Of a stretch of 64,000 nucleotides of DNA, positions 53,472 through 63,604 are shown piece by piece. The first letter of the stretch is position 1, and every line of letters begins with the position of its first letter. Made by a program: the position numbers and the translations under genes. The stretch comes from Novosphingobium sp. (GTDB lineage Bacteria; Pseudomonadota; Alphaproteobacteria; Sphingomonadales; Sphingomonadaceae): NCBI GenBank assembly GCA_036400975.1, contig DASWWL010000110.1, positions 8,550-72,549 of the forward strand. Direction: 5' to 3'. The notes under the pieces are model-generated. The model did no database searches. It had not been told where the DNA came from and worked only from the letters and a program-made list of their open reading frames with translations.

Positions 53472-55520
53472 TCAAAAATCCAGCTGGAGGTCGTCGGGAC
53501 GGGGCGTCCCGGCATCGAGCGCGTAGACGGCCCGCGCCGCTCCAAGTCCCTGGACCCGATCCATGGCCCGGCGCTCGGCAGCCTGGTCCCCATCGTCGTC
53601 GGCCAGGCCAAGGGGATCGGCGACCTCTGCGTCCGGCAGTGCGACGGCCTCAATCTCGTGCGCGGGGTGGCGAGCCTGCTCCAGCCCGCCGGCATCGGCG
53701 CCGTCATCAAGGTCAAGGCGGCCACCGAGCCGTTCGTCAGCGCTGCGGAGCTGTCCCGCCCAGTCGTCGCCGCGCCGCGGCGGCAGGTCCTGGTACGCGC
53801 CAGGAGCCAGTGTGGGTGCAGGCAGCACGCGCGCGGCAAGGCGCTTGTCCTCATAGTAGCGCAGCTTGCTGGCGCGCACCGGCGGATGGCCCGAGACCAG
53901 CACGAGCTCATCCTTGTGGCTAAGCTGCATGACCTCACCCGGCGTCAGCAGCGCGCGGGCAGTCTCCTGGCGGCTGACCATGACGTGGGCGAGCCAGGGT
54001 GCGAGGCGGTGGCCAGCATAGTTGCGCATGGCCCGCTGCTCGGTGGCAGTGCCAAGGGCGTCAGAGATGCGCTTCGCGGTGCGCTCGTCATTGCTGGCGA
54101 AGGCAATGCGCAAGTGGCAATTGTCGAGGATGGCGTTGTGCTCGCCATAGGCCTTCTCGATCTGGTTGAGGCTTTGCGCGATGAGGAAGGCGCGCACCCC
54201 GTACCCAGCGAGGAAGGCGAGGCTCGTCTCGAAGAAGTCGAGGCGGCCCAGTGCGGGGAATTCGTCGAGCATCATGAGAAGCCGGTGACGGTTACCGCGC
54301 ACGGTGGCTTGGCCTGCGGCGCCCTCCGCCTGCAGCTGCTCGGTCAGCCGGCGACCGATCTGGTTGAGGATGAGCCGAACCAGCGGCTTGGTGCGGCTGA
54401 TGTCCGATGGCGGCACGACAAGGTACAAGGAAACCGGATTCCTGGCCTCGACCAGGTCGGCAACCCGCCAGTCCGAGGCGCTCGTCACGGCAGCGACAGT
54501 CGGGTCGCGGTAAAGACCGAGGAAGGACATGGCGGTGGAGAGGACGCCCGAGCGCTCGTTCTCGCTCTTGTTGAGGAGTTCGCGTGCGGCCGAGGCGACA
54601 ACGGGATGCACGCGCGGCGCGGCTTCGCTGCCAAGGTGGTTGGTCGCCATCATGCGCCGCAAGGTCGCGGTGAATGGGCGCTGCGGGTCCGATAGGAAGG
54701 TGGCGACCCGGGCGAGCGTCTTCTCCTCTTCCGCATAGAGGACATGGAGGATCGCGCCCACCAGCAGCGAATGGCTGGTCTTTTCCCAGTGGTTACGCCG
54801 CTCGAGCGCCCCTTCGGGATCGACCAGGATATCGGCGATGTTCTGGACGTCGCGAACCTCGTCGATGCCGCGGCGAACCTCCAGCAGCGGATTGTAGCGG
54901 GCCGAGCGGGCGTCGGTCGGGTTGAACAGGAGGCAGTGGGAGAAGCGCTGGCGCCAGCCGGCGGTCAGCTGCCAGTTCTCCCCCTTGATGTCGTGGATCA
55001 CGGCCGAACCGGTCCAGCCGAGCAGCGTAGGTACGACAAGGCCCACGCCCTTGCCCGAGCGGGTCGGCGCGAATGCCATGATGTGCTCGGGGCCGTCGTG
55101 GCGCAGATAGCGCGCGCCGAGCCGGCCAAGGATTACGCCGCGCTCATCCAGCAGGCCTGCGGCAGCGACGTCCCGCAGGCCTGCCCAGCGCGCCGAACCG
55201 TAGGTCGTTACATTGCTCGATTGCCGCGCGCGCCAGACCGACCCGAAAATGGCAGCTCCGCAGCCGAACAGGCCACCTGCCGCCGCGATTGCACCCGCCT
55301 CGTCGAAGACGACCGGCGCATAGGCGTCGAAGTGGAACCACCAGACGAAGATCGACCAGGGATGGTAGATCGGCACCCCGAGCACGAGGAGCCAGGGTTC
55401 GCCAAGCTGCGGCTGGTATGCGAGGGCCGCCGCCGCCCATTGGGTGGCAGACCATATGCCCGCGACGATGATCGCGAGCACGACAAGGATCTGTCCTATG
55501 AGCAGCTTGGTCGGGGTCAT
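53472..55520 (-). CDS. traG: TraG/VirD4 coupling protein
   Basis: APTRSGKGVG, HDIKGEN, MLDEFPALG, IAQSLNQI. Confidence 0.95.
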   Translation of the reverse strand: MTPTKLLIGQILVVLAIIVAGIWSATQWAAAALAYQPQLGEPWLLVLGVPIYHPWSIFVWWFHFDAYAPVVFDEAGAIAAAGGLFGCGAAIFGSVWRARQSSNVTTYGSARWAGLRDVAAAGLLDERGVILGRLGARYLRHDGPEHIMAFAPTRSGKGVGLVVPTLLGWTGSAVIHDIKGENWQLTAGWRQRFSHCLLFNPTDARSARYNPLLEVRRGIDEVRDVQNIADILVDPEGALERRNHWEKTSHSLLVGAILHVLYAEEEKTLARVATFLSDPQRPFTATLRRMMATNHLGSEAAPRVHPVVASAARELLNKSENERSGVLSTAMSFLGLYRDPTVAAVTSASDWRVADLVEARNPVSLYLVVPPSDISRTKPLVRLILNQIGRRLTEQLQAEGAAGQATVRGNRHRLLMMLDEFPALGRLDFFETSLAFLAGYGVRAFLIAQSLNQIEKAYGEHNAILDNCHLRIAFASNDERTAKRISDALGTATEQRAMRNYAGHRLAPWLAHVMVSRQETARALLTPGEVMQLSHKDELVLVSGHPPVRASKLRYYEDKRLAARVLPAPTLAPGAYQDLPPRRGDDWAGQLRSADERLGGRLDLDDGADAGGLEQARHPAHEIEAVALPDAEVADPLGLADDDGDQAAERRAMDRVQGLGAARAVYALDAGTPRPDDLQLDF

Positions 55521-55756
55521 GCGGGCCTCCGCCCGCCGCCGACTCATTCGTTGGCGGGCAGCCCCAAGCATCGGGCCAACCGCCTCCTGGCATCAGTCAC
55601 CAGCGGGTGCCGCGAAGGACCTCCCTGGTGCCATCGCGATTACGCCGGCTGGCTCGTGTGTCCAGCGAGATTGTATCATGGCGCTCGTCCGCCAGTTTCA
55701 ACGCGAGTTCCGGTCTACAGATCCAAGATCACAGATGAGCTAAATTTATATGCTAC

Positions 55757-55771
55757 TGCGTTGCATTCGCA
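55757..55771. promoter_or_regulatory. Putative Fur-type box upstream of the PepSY gene
   Basis: TGCGTTG-C-ATTCGCA; one perfect half of the 7-1-7 motif seen at 63566. Confidence 0.45.
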
Positions 55772-55840
55772 TAATGGTTCTGCAATTTTGGTCGAACCTT
55801 AGCAACCACGCGGGTCAAACTCGGATTGCCTTCCACTGCC

Positions 55841-56905
55841 ATGACACTCCTCGCCGCTTTCCATCGCTGGACCGGGGGGCTTATCGGCCTCTTGTTGGCG
55901 ATGCTGGGCCTGTCCGGCGCAATCCTCGTCCACAAGGACGAGTGGGTGGCGCTGCCCCATGCGTCCGACGCACAAATCCAAGATACTGCACATCTGGCGG
56001 ACCTCACGCAGCGGATCATGGAAGACCCGGCAACCCGGCCGGAATCAATCCTCTTCGCAACCAAGGATTTTGGACTGGATCGGTTGACCTACAAGGGCGG
56101 CGCGGGCGCCTATGTCGATCAGAACGGCGGCTTCGTGGCGCGATGGACCAGCCAGTGGGAACGACCGGAAATCTGGTTGTTCGACTTTCATCACCATCTC
56201 TTCGCCGGAGAGACCGGTGAAATCATCATCGGCATCGCCGCAGTCTTCGGCCTGTTCTTCGTAGTGACTGGCGCATTGCTGTGGTGGCGGACGCGCAGGA
56301 CCTATTCGTTCCGTCTTTGACCAGCCCGGATGAGCCGGCCAGCGATCATTCGGCATCACCGCGATCTCGGCATCATCATGGCACCGCTGCTAGCTCTCTC
56401 GCTCCTGACCGGAGCGGTACTGGTATTCCGTCCGTTGTCGGCGCCTCTCTTCGGTCCCGGCGCCCTAGCCCAGATCGAACGCGCGCTATCCGAACCAGCG
56501 TCACCCCCGGCAGGTCTCGCTGAGGGGTTGCGGTGGTCGGCAATGATTGAAACGGCGCGGCGGCGCTTTCCTCAAGCCGAGGTTCGAAGCCTCTCCCTGC
56601 CGCGCCAAGGCAACGGTCTTATCACCTTGCGCATGCGCAGTCCTGAAGAATGGCTGCCGAACGGGCGCACGACATTGTGGTTCGCGGCGGACAGCGGCGC
56701 GCTGGTGGCTACCCGCGACGCCAGGAATCTGCCGCCTGCCGCACGCGGATATAATCTTCTCTATCCGCTTCATGCGGCAAAGGTTGGAGGTTTTCTGTAT
56801 CGGCTCACGATGACGTTGTCCGGGCTGACCTTGACGCTGTTGGGAACGCTCGCAGTGTGGGTCTTCTGGTTCCGGCGCCTTGCGCCGGTACGTGGCGCTG
56901 GCTGA
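55841..56905 (+). pseudogene. PepSY-associated TM protein interrupted by an in-frame stop
   Basis: AFHRWTGG...FDFHHHLF...RHHRDLG...PLHA; the two track ORFs are in frame, separated by TGA at 56318-56320 (FRL*PARMSR). Confidence 0.88.
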
Positions 56906-56980
56906 AGGAGCGCTCTCACTCCATCGAAGAGACGCACGCCGCGCGTATTGTTACCAAGACCACCACGGAACACCTCGCGA

Positions 56981-58201
56981 TCAAGGATAGCTACCCTCGG
57001 GCTCGATATCCCAAACCAGCGCAGCAATCGCTTCCTTCAACGCATGCTCCAACATAGCGTTGCCAGACGCACTTACGCTCAGGACGCCAAGATAGTCCTT
57101 GTTGGAGTTCGTTATCGCAACGCGTTCGCCAACTTTTCGCAGCGCTCGGTATTCGACGCGCAGATCGCGGTCTTCGCGAAGGAAACTTTCGGGCGCCGAG
57201 ACAATCCGCCCCGCACTGACGGCCGGAAAATATCGGATCGCGGCGACTTTGGTCGCCAAGGGGATCGCGCCAAGCGGTTCGCCAAGATGCAGACGCAGAA
57301 TTCTCTCAAACAACGCAACGTCGAGGGTATGCTCCAACATGAATTCCATGTGGTCGCCGACTGTGCGGTAGTTGATTTCGATTAGCCGTGGCCCGTTGTT
57401 CGTCAGCACGAACTCAGTGTGGCACGATCCGAATCCGACCCCCACCGCTTCGATCTGACGTAGCACCTCGGTCCTCTGCGACGAGGTGAGGCAGTTGTCC
57501 CAGCGTCCCTCCATCTCGACGAAACTGGGTGGCGGCCCCAGCGCGACATGGAATCCCCCGAGAACAAGGATATCCGATCCATCGCCCAGAGTTTCGAGCG
57601 TGTAGAGCTCTCCCGCAATATATTCCTCGATCAGCATGGCGCGGCCCCCCTCCATGCCCCAGACATGCCGGGCGTGCGAGACGAGCGCGTCCTCGTGCTC
57701 GCACAGCCGCACGAGTTGGCTGCCAACGCCTTCGCGAGGTTTGAGCACGCAAGGAAAGGGAATATCGGAAAGACGAGCGATTTCGTCTTCGTTCGTCACC
57801 ACGGCGTGCCACAGGAGGTCCACTCCCCGATCCCGCAGGCATTCACGCATCGCTGCCTTGTTCTTGGCTCGGTAGGTGACTTTCCAGTCCTTGCCGGGCA
57901 GACCGAAATAGTCAGCCGCCAGCGCAGTGCTGGTTTGCAAATGATCGCTGTTCGAAAAGATGGCGGCGGGCCTGTCGGCATGGCGGCTGATTTCGCTGAT
58001 GACCGCGACCGGATTGAACACGTCGCATTCGATGATGCTGTCAGGACAGGCGGGTCGACCCTCAACTGAGAAGTAGCGTCGATGCGCTTCCGCCTGGTCG
58101 GTAAGCAGGGTCACGCTGAGGCCTAGACGTCGCGCCGCTGGGAGAAAGCCCTCGTTGACCGCATCTGTCGGCACATGGGCTAGCAACATCAGGGTCGGCA
58201 T
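56981..58201 (-). CDS. ATP-grasp ligase, PvsA (vibrioferrin)-like
   Basis: LAHVPTDAVNEGFLPAA resembles the recalled PvsA N-terminus; KNKAAMR, LKPREG, EEYIAGE, HTEF, IEINYR. Confidence 0.8.
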   Translation of the reverse strand: MPTLMLLAHVPTDAVNEGFLPAARRLGLSVTLLTDQAEAHRRYFSVEGRPACPDSIIECDVFNPVAVISEISRHADRPAAIFSNSDHLQTSTALAADYFGLPGKDWKVTYRAKNKAAMRECLRDRGVDLLWHAVVTNEDEIARLSDIPFPCVLKPREGVGSQLVRLCEHEDALVSHARHVWGMEGGRAMLIEEYIAGELYTLETLGDGSDILVLGGFHVALGPPPSFVEMEGRWDNCLTSSQRTEVLRQIEAVGVGFGSCHTEFVLTNNGPRLIEINYRTVGDHMEFMLEHTLDVALFERILRLHLGEPLGAIPLATKVAAIRYFPAVSAGRIVSAPESFLREDRDLRVEYRALRKVGERVAITNSNKDYLGVLSVSASGNAMLEHALKEAIAALVWDIEPEGSYP

Positions 58202-58265
58202 CGACAGTCCTTTCGTAGTTCGTATTTTTGCGAGCGCTGCCCGCCGGCAAGTAACCTGCTATTAA

Positions 58266-58280
58266 TGCAATTGACTCGCA
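58266..58280. promoter_or_regulatory. Putative Fur-type box between the ATP-grasp gene and sbnA
   Basis: TGCAATT-G-ACTCGCA imperfect 7-1-7 in an AT-rich divergent gap. Confidence 0.55.
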
Positions 58281-58387
58281 ATAGCGAATCAATTTATGTC
58301 GTTGGAGCGGGCCGGAAAATCACGAGCTGGCCTGACTACCCGCAGCGGCTACGACGCCGCACTCCCATCCGCTTGGAAGGAGCCGCA

Positions 58388-59482
58388 ATGCAATCTTCAG
58401 CAGAAATGTCCGTCGGCAACACGCCGCTTGTTGCCTTGGACCGCATGTTTCCGCCCGACGAGGTTCCAGTCTTCGCTAAGCTCGAGATGCTGAATGTCGG
58501 CGGCAGCGTGAAGGATCGCACCGCGCACTACATGGTGTCGCAGGCCTTGGCCGCGGGTAGGATCACATCAGAAAGCCACCTTGTGGAGAGTTCATCCGGC
58601 AATCTCGCCATAGCGCTCGCCATGATCGCCAAGCGGGAGGGCATTCCCTTCACTGCGGTGGTCGATCCCAACCTTGCCCCCGCCAATCGCTGCCTCATCG
58701 AAGCCTTTGGCGGGCAGATCGATCTGGTGACGGAGAAGGACGAGGGCGGCGGTTATCTGCACACCCGCATCCGGCGGGTGGATGAACTGGTACGCACCAT
58801 TCCGGGCGCGGTCTGGCTCAACCAATATGCCAATCCGGATAACTGGCGCGCCCATTACAATGGGATTGGCGAGGAGATCGTCCGCGAGATGCCCGTCGAG
58901 CCGACGCATGTGGTCGCGGCCGTCTCAACCTGCGGGACATTGATGGGTCTGGCGCGTCGTCTGCGCGAGCGCTGGCCGAACATCGAGGTTGTCGCGGTCG
59001 ATCTGGAAGGGTCCGTCATCTTCGGAGGGGCGGGCGGGAACAGGCAGATCCCGGGCATCGGCGCGAGCCGCGTGCCGGAGCAGCTCGCCCTGCCAGAGGT
59101 GGACGCCGTCATCTATGCGACGGACTGGGAATCGACGCTAGCCTGCCGCCGCCTCGCGGAAAGCCAGGGCATATTGGCCGGCGGCTCGTCGGGCACGGTC
59201 ATGGCGGCGATCACCAAGTTGATTCCAAACCTTCGCAAAGGATCCTGTATCGTCACCCTGCTGCCTGATCGTGGCGAACGCTATCTCGATACGGTCTATG
59301 ATCCCGACTGGCCGGCCCAGGAACGCCGCCTCACCCGGCCTTTCGCAGCGTCCTTCCGCCGGTTGGGTGAACGACCATCGATCGTGCGGCAGTCCCGGAG
59401 CACAAGCGCGGCCGCGTCTTCATGGATGCCAACCGCCCATGTTCTGCCCGTCCCGATGTTGTCGGAAGGGGCAGCGATATGA
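58388..59482 (+). CDS. sbnA: L-2,3-diaminopropionate biosynthesis protein SbnA-like (PLP)
   Basis: KLEMLNVGGSVKDR, ESSSGN, NQYANPDN; coupled to an SbnB-like gene; GGAG RBS. Confidence 0.88.
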   Translation: MQSSAEMSVGNTPLVALDRMFPPDEVPVFAKLEMLNVGGSVKDRTAHYMVSQALAAGRITSESHLVESSSGNLAIALAMIAKREGIPFTAVVDPNLAPANRCLIEAFGGQIDLVTEKDEGGGYLHTRIRRVDELVRTIPGAVWLNQYANPDNWRAHYNGIGEEIVREMPVEPTHVVAAVSTCGTLMGLARRLRERWPNIEVVAVDLEGSVIFGGAGGNRQIPGIGASRVPEQLALPEVDAVIYATDWESTLACRRLAESQGILAGGSSGTVMAAITKLIPNLRKGSCIVTLLPDRGERYLDTVYDPDWPAQERRLTRPFAASFRRLGERPSIVRQSRSTSAAASSWMPTAHVLPVPMLSEGAAI

Positions 59483-60489
59483 CAACGGCTACTCTGCGAT
59501 ACTTGTCCCGTTCGGACGTCGCTGCGCTCGGTGGCGACCATTCGGATCTCTATATGAGCGCGATCGAGGCGGGCTTCCGCAGCCATGCCGCCGGCGACTT
59601 CGTGCAGCCGCTCAAACCCTATCTGCGCAGCCCCCGTACCCAGCATATCGCGGATCGCATCATCGCGATGCCGGCCTGGATCGGCGGGGAGCAACCCGTT
59701 GCGGGACTCAAATGGATTGGCTCCAAGCACGACAACCCGGCCAGAAGAGGGATGGAGCGGGCGAGCGCCGTCATCGTGCTCAACGATCCGGAGACCAACT
59801 ATCCCATGGCGATCATGGAAGGCGGACTGCTGAGCGCGATGCGGACCGCCGCCGTCACCGGTGTTGCGACACGGCACCTGGCGCGGAAGAACTTCGAGGA
59901 AGCTGCGATCATCGGCTGTGGGCCGATTGCCGAACGGCAAGCGCAGATGTTGCTCGAGCAGTTTGCAGACGTGAAGGCACTGCGGCTGTTCGATCTGCGC
60001 GAAGACGCCGCACACGCGCTCGCCGCCCGGCTTCGCCAGCGTTTCGGCGACCTCGTCATTGCCGTCACGAAAAGCGCGGAAGCAGCAGTTCGCGACTGTC
60101 CGGTGGTGATCACCTGCACCGTGACCGACAAGCCTTATCTCGCTTTCGACTGGCTCAGCAAAGGCACGTTCCTGGCCAATGTTTCGATCATGGATGTGGA
60201 ACGCGATGTGTTCCTCAAGGTCGACAAGGTCGTTGTCGACGACTGGGACCAGTCCAACCGCGAGAAGAAGATCATCAACCTGCTGGTCGAAGCAGGCGAG
60301 TTTTCGCGCGAGCGACTGCATGCGGAGCTTGGCGAGATCATCGTCGGGTCCAAGCCCGGTCGTGAGACGGATGACGAGATCATTCTGCTGAATCCGATGG
60401 GCATGGCGATCGATGATATCGCCTGCGCAAAGGCGATCCTCGGCAGGGCTGAGGACAGGAACATCGGTACGGTCCTGCCCCTCTTCTAG
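59479..60489 (+). CDS. sbnB: SbnB-like ornithine cyclodeaminase family protein
   Basis: QPLKPYL, DRIIAMPA, KWIGS, SAMRTAAV, GCGPIA, NPMGMAIDDIA. Confidence 0.9.
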   Translation: MTTATLRYLSRSDVAALGGDHSDLYMSAIEAGFRSHAAGDFVQPLKPYLRSPRTQHIADRIIAMPAWIGGEQPVAGLKWIGSKHDNPARRGMERASAVIVLNDPETNYPMAIMEGGLLSAMRTAAVTGVATRHLARKNFEEAAIIGCGPIAERQAQMLLEQFADVKALRLFDLREDAAHALAARLRQRFGDLVIAVTKSAEAAVRDCPVVITCTVTDKPYLAFDWLSKGTFLANVSIMDVERDVFLKVDKVVVDDWDQSNREKKIINLLVEAGEFSRERLHAELGEIIVGSKPGRETDDEIILLNPMGMAIDDIACAKAILGRAEDRNIGTVLPLF

Positions 60490-60564
60490 GGGCGATGCTT
60501 CGTCGCCGGCCTGTATGCGCCAGCCGTCGCTTCCATTTCTTCCCATCATCGAGAGATCCGTCTG

Positions 60565-62265
60565 ATGACGTTGCCCCTGCCTGTGGAGAGAACAGCCGAA
60601 GATGCCGCCGTCATCCGCGCCGGTATCGCGATGGAGCGCCTGCTCAATACATGGCTGCGGGAACGCATGACCGAATCCGTGCCGGTCGAGGGCGAGGCCT
60701 GCATCTTGAACATGGGCGCGAACAGGCTGCGCGCCTCGTGTCAGCGGGTATCGCCGGGAGGTTTCCATCGCTGGCAGTTCCCCGTGCTGGTCGAACAAGC
60801 CGATGGGGCCGCAACTGCGACGGATGACCCTGTTCTCATCGCAAGCCTGATGGCAGATGCGCTTGCACAGGAAAATGGCTCTATCTCGTCTACGATCAAG
60901 GAGCGCCTCATCAAGGCGCTCGATGGCGCGGAGGAGCACGCTCTGGCCTGCGCGGCGCGTCCTTTCGATCCATCCCCACTGGGACTGGAGCAGAGCCTCT
61001 GGCACGGGCATCCATTCCATCCCTTTGCCAAAAGCATAGATGGCTTTTCAGTCGACGATATCGACCGTTATGCGCCGGAGCGCACCCATAGTTTTCAGTT
61101 GCGCTGGATCATCGCCGAGCCCGATGTCGGGGCGGCGTTGTGGCGCGACAGGCGGGCTCAGGAGCGGGGCAACCGCATCCTCGCCGATCTCTCCGGGCTG
61201 CCGGACAATGCAATCGGCGGCCGCCTTCTGATTCCGAGCCACCCCTGGCAGGCCGCGCGCCTCGAAACCGATCCATTATTCGCTGATCTCGTCGCGCGGG
61301 GGCGCGCGATCCTCACCTTGCCCACCGGCGCGACGGTGCAGCCGACGTCATCGGTTCGCACCGTGTTCGCGCCCAGCGCCAATATGTTCCTCAAGCTCCC
61401 GATTGCGGCCCGAATCACCAATTTCGCGCGCACCAACCCGCGCGACCAGATCGCCCGAAGCATGGCGGCCGCGCAGGCGCTTGCGGCGGTTGCGGAACAG
61501 GTCGCCGCCTGCGGACTCGACACGCTCGATGAGCCCGGCGCCGTCTGGATCGATCGTCCTGACCTCGAAGCAATTACCGCCGTCGTCCTGCGCGATGCGC
61601 CTCGGCGAGAGGCATTCGTGCTGGCTGGCCTGCTCGAGCCATCGCCGAACAATGGCCGCCCGATGCTAGAGGCCATGGGCTGCGGCTTTTCCGGTCTCGC
61701 CGCGGCGCAAGCCTGGCTACACGCTTACGTCCAGACGGCCATACTCCCGCCGCTGCGCCTGTTCGCCAGAACGGGCGTCAGCCTCGAAGCGCACAGCCAA
61801 AACAGCCTTCTGGAGTTGGACCGGGGAACTCCAGCCCGCCTGATCGTGCGCGACCTGGAAGGGGTCAGCATAGATCGCGAGCGCTTCGAACGCATCGCGC
61901 CGAGGCTGGAACTCAATCCATCGGTATTCTTCCTCGCCGAGGAAGCGCGCCGACGCCTGGCCTACTACCTGATCAGCAATCAGTTGAACCATGTGGTCGC
62001 GGCAGTCTCGCGTCTCGCTGATGCGCCGGAAGGCGACCTCTGGCGCTCCATTACCGAGGCATTGTCCACCGCCGCCGAGGACAGCTCCACCGCTAGCCTC
62101 GTCGCCTGGCTTCTCGAAGCGGAAACCTTGCCCGCCAAAGCGAATTTCACGAGCTGTTTCGCCGGTCGCGGGGAACGGCCCGATTATGTCGAGATACCCA
62201 ATCCCCTCCGACCTGCGATGCGGGATGGATATGCACTGCAGCAATCGACGGTGGCGCTAACATGA
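60565..62265 (+). CDS. IucA/IucC NIS siderophore synthetase, probably type A-like
   Basis: EQSLWHGHPFHPFAK, HPWQ, PTSSVRTV, RITNFARTN, EAHSQN, VRDLEG. Confidence 0.9.
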   Translation: MTLPLPVERTAEDAAVIRAGIAMERLLNTWLRERMTESVPVEGEACILNMGANRLRASCQRVSPGGFHRWQFPVLVEQADGAATATDDPVLIASLMADALAQENGSISSTIKERLIKALDGAEEHALACAARPFDPSPLGLEQSLWHGHPFHPFAKSIDGFSVDDIDRYAPERTHSFQLRWIIAEPDVGAALWRDRRAQERGNRILADLSGLPDNAIGGRLLIPSHPWQAARLETDPLFADLVARGRAILTLPTGATVQPTSSVRTVFAPSANMFLKLPIAARITNFARTNPRDQIARSMAAAQALAAVAEQVAACGLDTLDEPGAVWIDRPDLEAITAVVLRDAPRREAFVLAGLLEPSPNNGRPMLEAMGCGFSGLAAAQAWLHAYVQTAILPPLRLFARTGVSLEAHSQNSLLELDRGTPARLIVRDLEGVSIDRERFERIAPRLELNPSVFFLAEEARRRLAYYLISNQLNHVVAAVSRLADAPEGDLWRSITEALSTAAEDSSTASLVAWLLEAETLPAKANFTSCFAGRGERPDYVEIPNPLRPAMRDGYALQQSTVALT

Positions 62266-63458
62266 CGCTGTTGAGGCCAAGCGCCGCGCAAGTCGCCGCC
62301 CTGGTGGACAGCGAACGGCCGATCTGCGCCTTCCTGCACGATCTCGATGCGCTGCGGCGGCACGTGCTGGAAGTGGTGAGGTCGCTGCCGCCCCGGGCGG
62401 AGCTGTTCTATGCCGTCAAGGCCAACAACGACGCCCGGATATTGCGAACGCTCGCGCCGCAGGTTGCCGGATTCGAGGTCGCCTCGTCGGGCGAAATCCT
62501 GAAAGTGCGCGATGCGGTCGGCTCCGGCGCCCGGATCATCATGGGCGGACCCGCTCGCACGCGCGAGGATGTCGAACTGATCCTGGCGCAGGGTGTCGAA
62601 CGGCTCCATGTGGAAAGCCTGCACACGTTGCGCCTCGCGAACGCCGTTGCGGCACAGGCGGGTGCGGTCCTGCCCATATTGCTGCGTGTGAACTTTGCCG
62701 GCCCAGTGCCGGGAGCAACCCTCACCATGGGAGGAGCGGCAACCCAGTTCGGCATCGCGCAATCCGATATCCCCGACGTCCTGGAACTGCTGGCGCATTG
62801 TCCGGCGCTGCGGTTCGAGGGATTCCATTTCCACACGGTCTCGAACAATCGCGATGCTGCCGGACATGCTGCGCTCTGCGCGACGGAACTCGATCTCGCT
62901 CGATCCTGGGCAAACGAGCATGGTCTGGACTTGGCGGTAGTCAATCTCGGCGGTGGCTGGGGTGTCGACTATGGCGATCCGGACTGGCGGTTCGACGTGG
63001 AAGGCTTCACCCGCGCGCTCACACCACATGTAGCTGGCGATCTGCGCCTGCAATTCGAATGCGGCCGGATTCTCGCCGCCTATCATGCCGTCTATGTCTG
63101 CGAGATTCTCGACATTAAGGCCGTCCATGGACGTGCCTTCGCCTTGCTGCGTGGAGGCACCCACCATTTCCGGCTGCCGAGTTCATGGGCGCACAACCAT
63201 CCATTCGTGATCCTGCCTCGCGATTCCTGGCCATATCCCTGGCCTCGCCCCGAATGCACCCACACCGATCTCACGCTCGCCGGTGAGCTATGTACCCCCA
63301 AGGATGTGCTTGCCCGCGACGTGCCCGTTGCGCGGGCGCGGATCGGCGATCTCGTCTGCTTCCTGATGGCGGGTGCCTATGGCTGGGATATCTCCCATCA
63401 TGACTTCCTGTGCCACGCCCATCCCGAGCGCATCTATCTGAACGAGGCGGAGGCATGA
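62262..63458 (+). CDS. Fold-type III PLP decarboxylase (SbnH/PvsE-like)
   Basis: FYAVKAN, FEVASSGE, NLGGG, ECGR, GGTHHFR, GELCTPKD, GAYG. Confidence 0.9.
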   Translation: MTLLRPSAAQVAALVDSERPICAFLHDLDALRRHVLEVVRSLPPRAELFYAVKANNDARILRTLAPQVAGFEVASSGEILKVRDAVGSGARIIMGGPARTREDVELILAQGVERLHVESLHTLRLANAVAAQAGAVLPILLRVNFAGPVPGATLTMGGAATQFGIAQSDIPDVLELLAHCPALRFEGFHFHTVSNNRDAAGHAALCATELDLARSWANEHGLDLAVVNLGGGWGVDYGDPDWRFDVEGFTRALTPHVAGDLRLQFECGRILAAYHAVYVCEILDIKAVHGRAFALLRGGTHHFRLPSSWAHNHPFVILPRDSWPYPWPRPECTHTDLTLAGELCTPKDVLARDVPVARARIGDLVCFLMAGAYGWDISHHDFLCHAHPERIYLNEAEA

Positions 63459-63565
63459 GCACGGTGATCAGCTCACCTTTTCAACTATTTGGGAGACGCG
63501 AAACGCGGCGCGGCCTCGCCGCCATCCTTGACTTCGATCGCAACGCCACTCTAACAGCTCAGATA

Positions 63566-63580
63566 TGCGAACGATTCGCA
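63566..63580. promoter_or_regulatory. Putative Fur-type box upstream of the siderophore receptor
   Basis: TGCGAAC-G-ATTCGCA near-perfect 7-1-7, 25 bp before the ATG at 63605. Confidence 0.65.
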
Positions 63581-63604
63581 TTAGCAAATATTTGGGGGCG
63601 ACAC

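Noticed and set aside
55521-55750. oriT or relaxase remnant upstream of traG
   Set aside because: No recognisable nic motif or relaxase residues; cannot be supported without a search.
59296-61020. 574-aa minus-strand ORF
   Set aside because: Antisense shadow of sbnB and the NIS synthetase.
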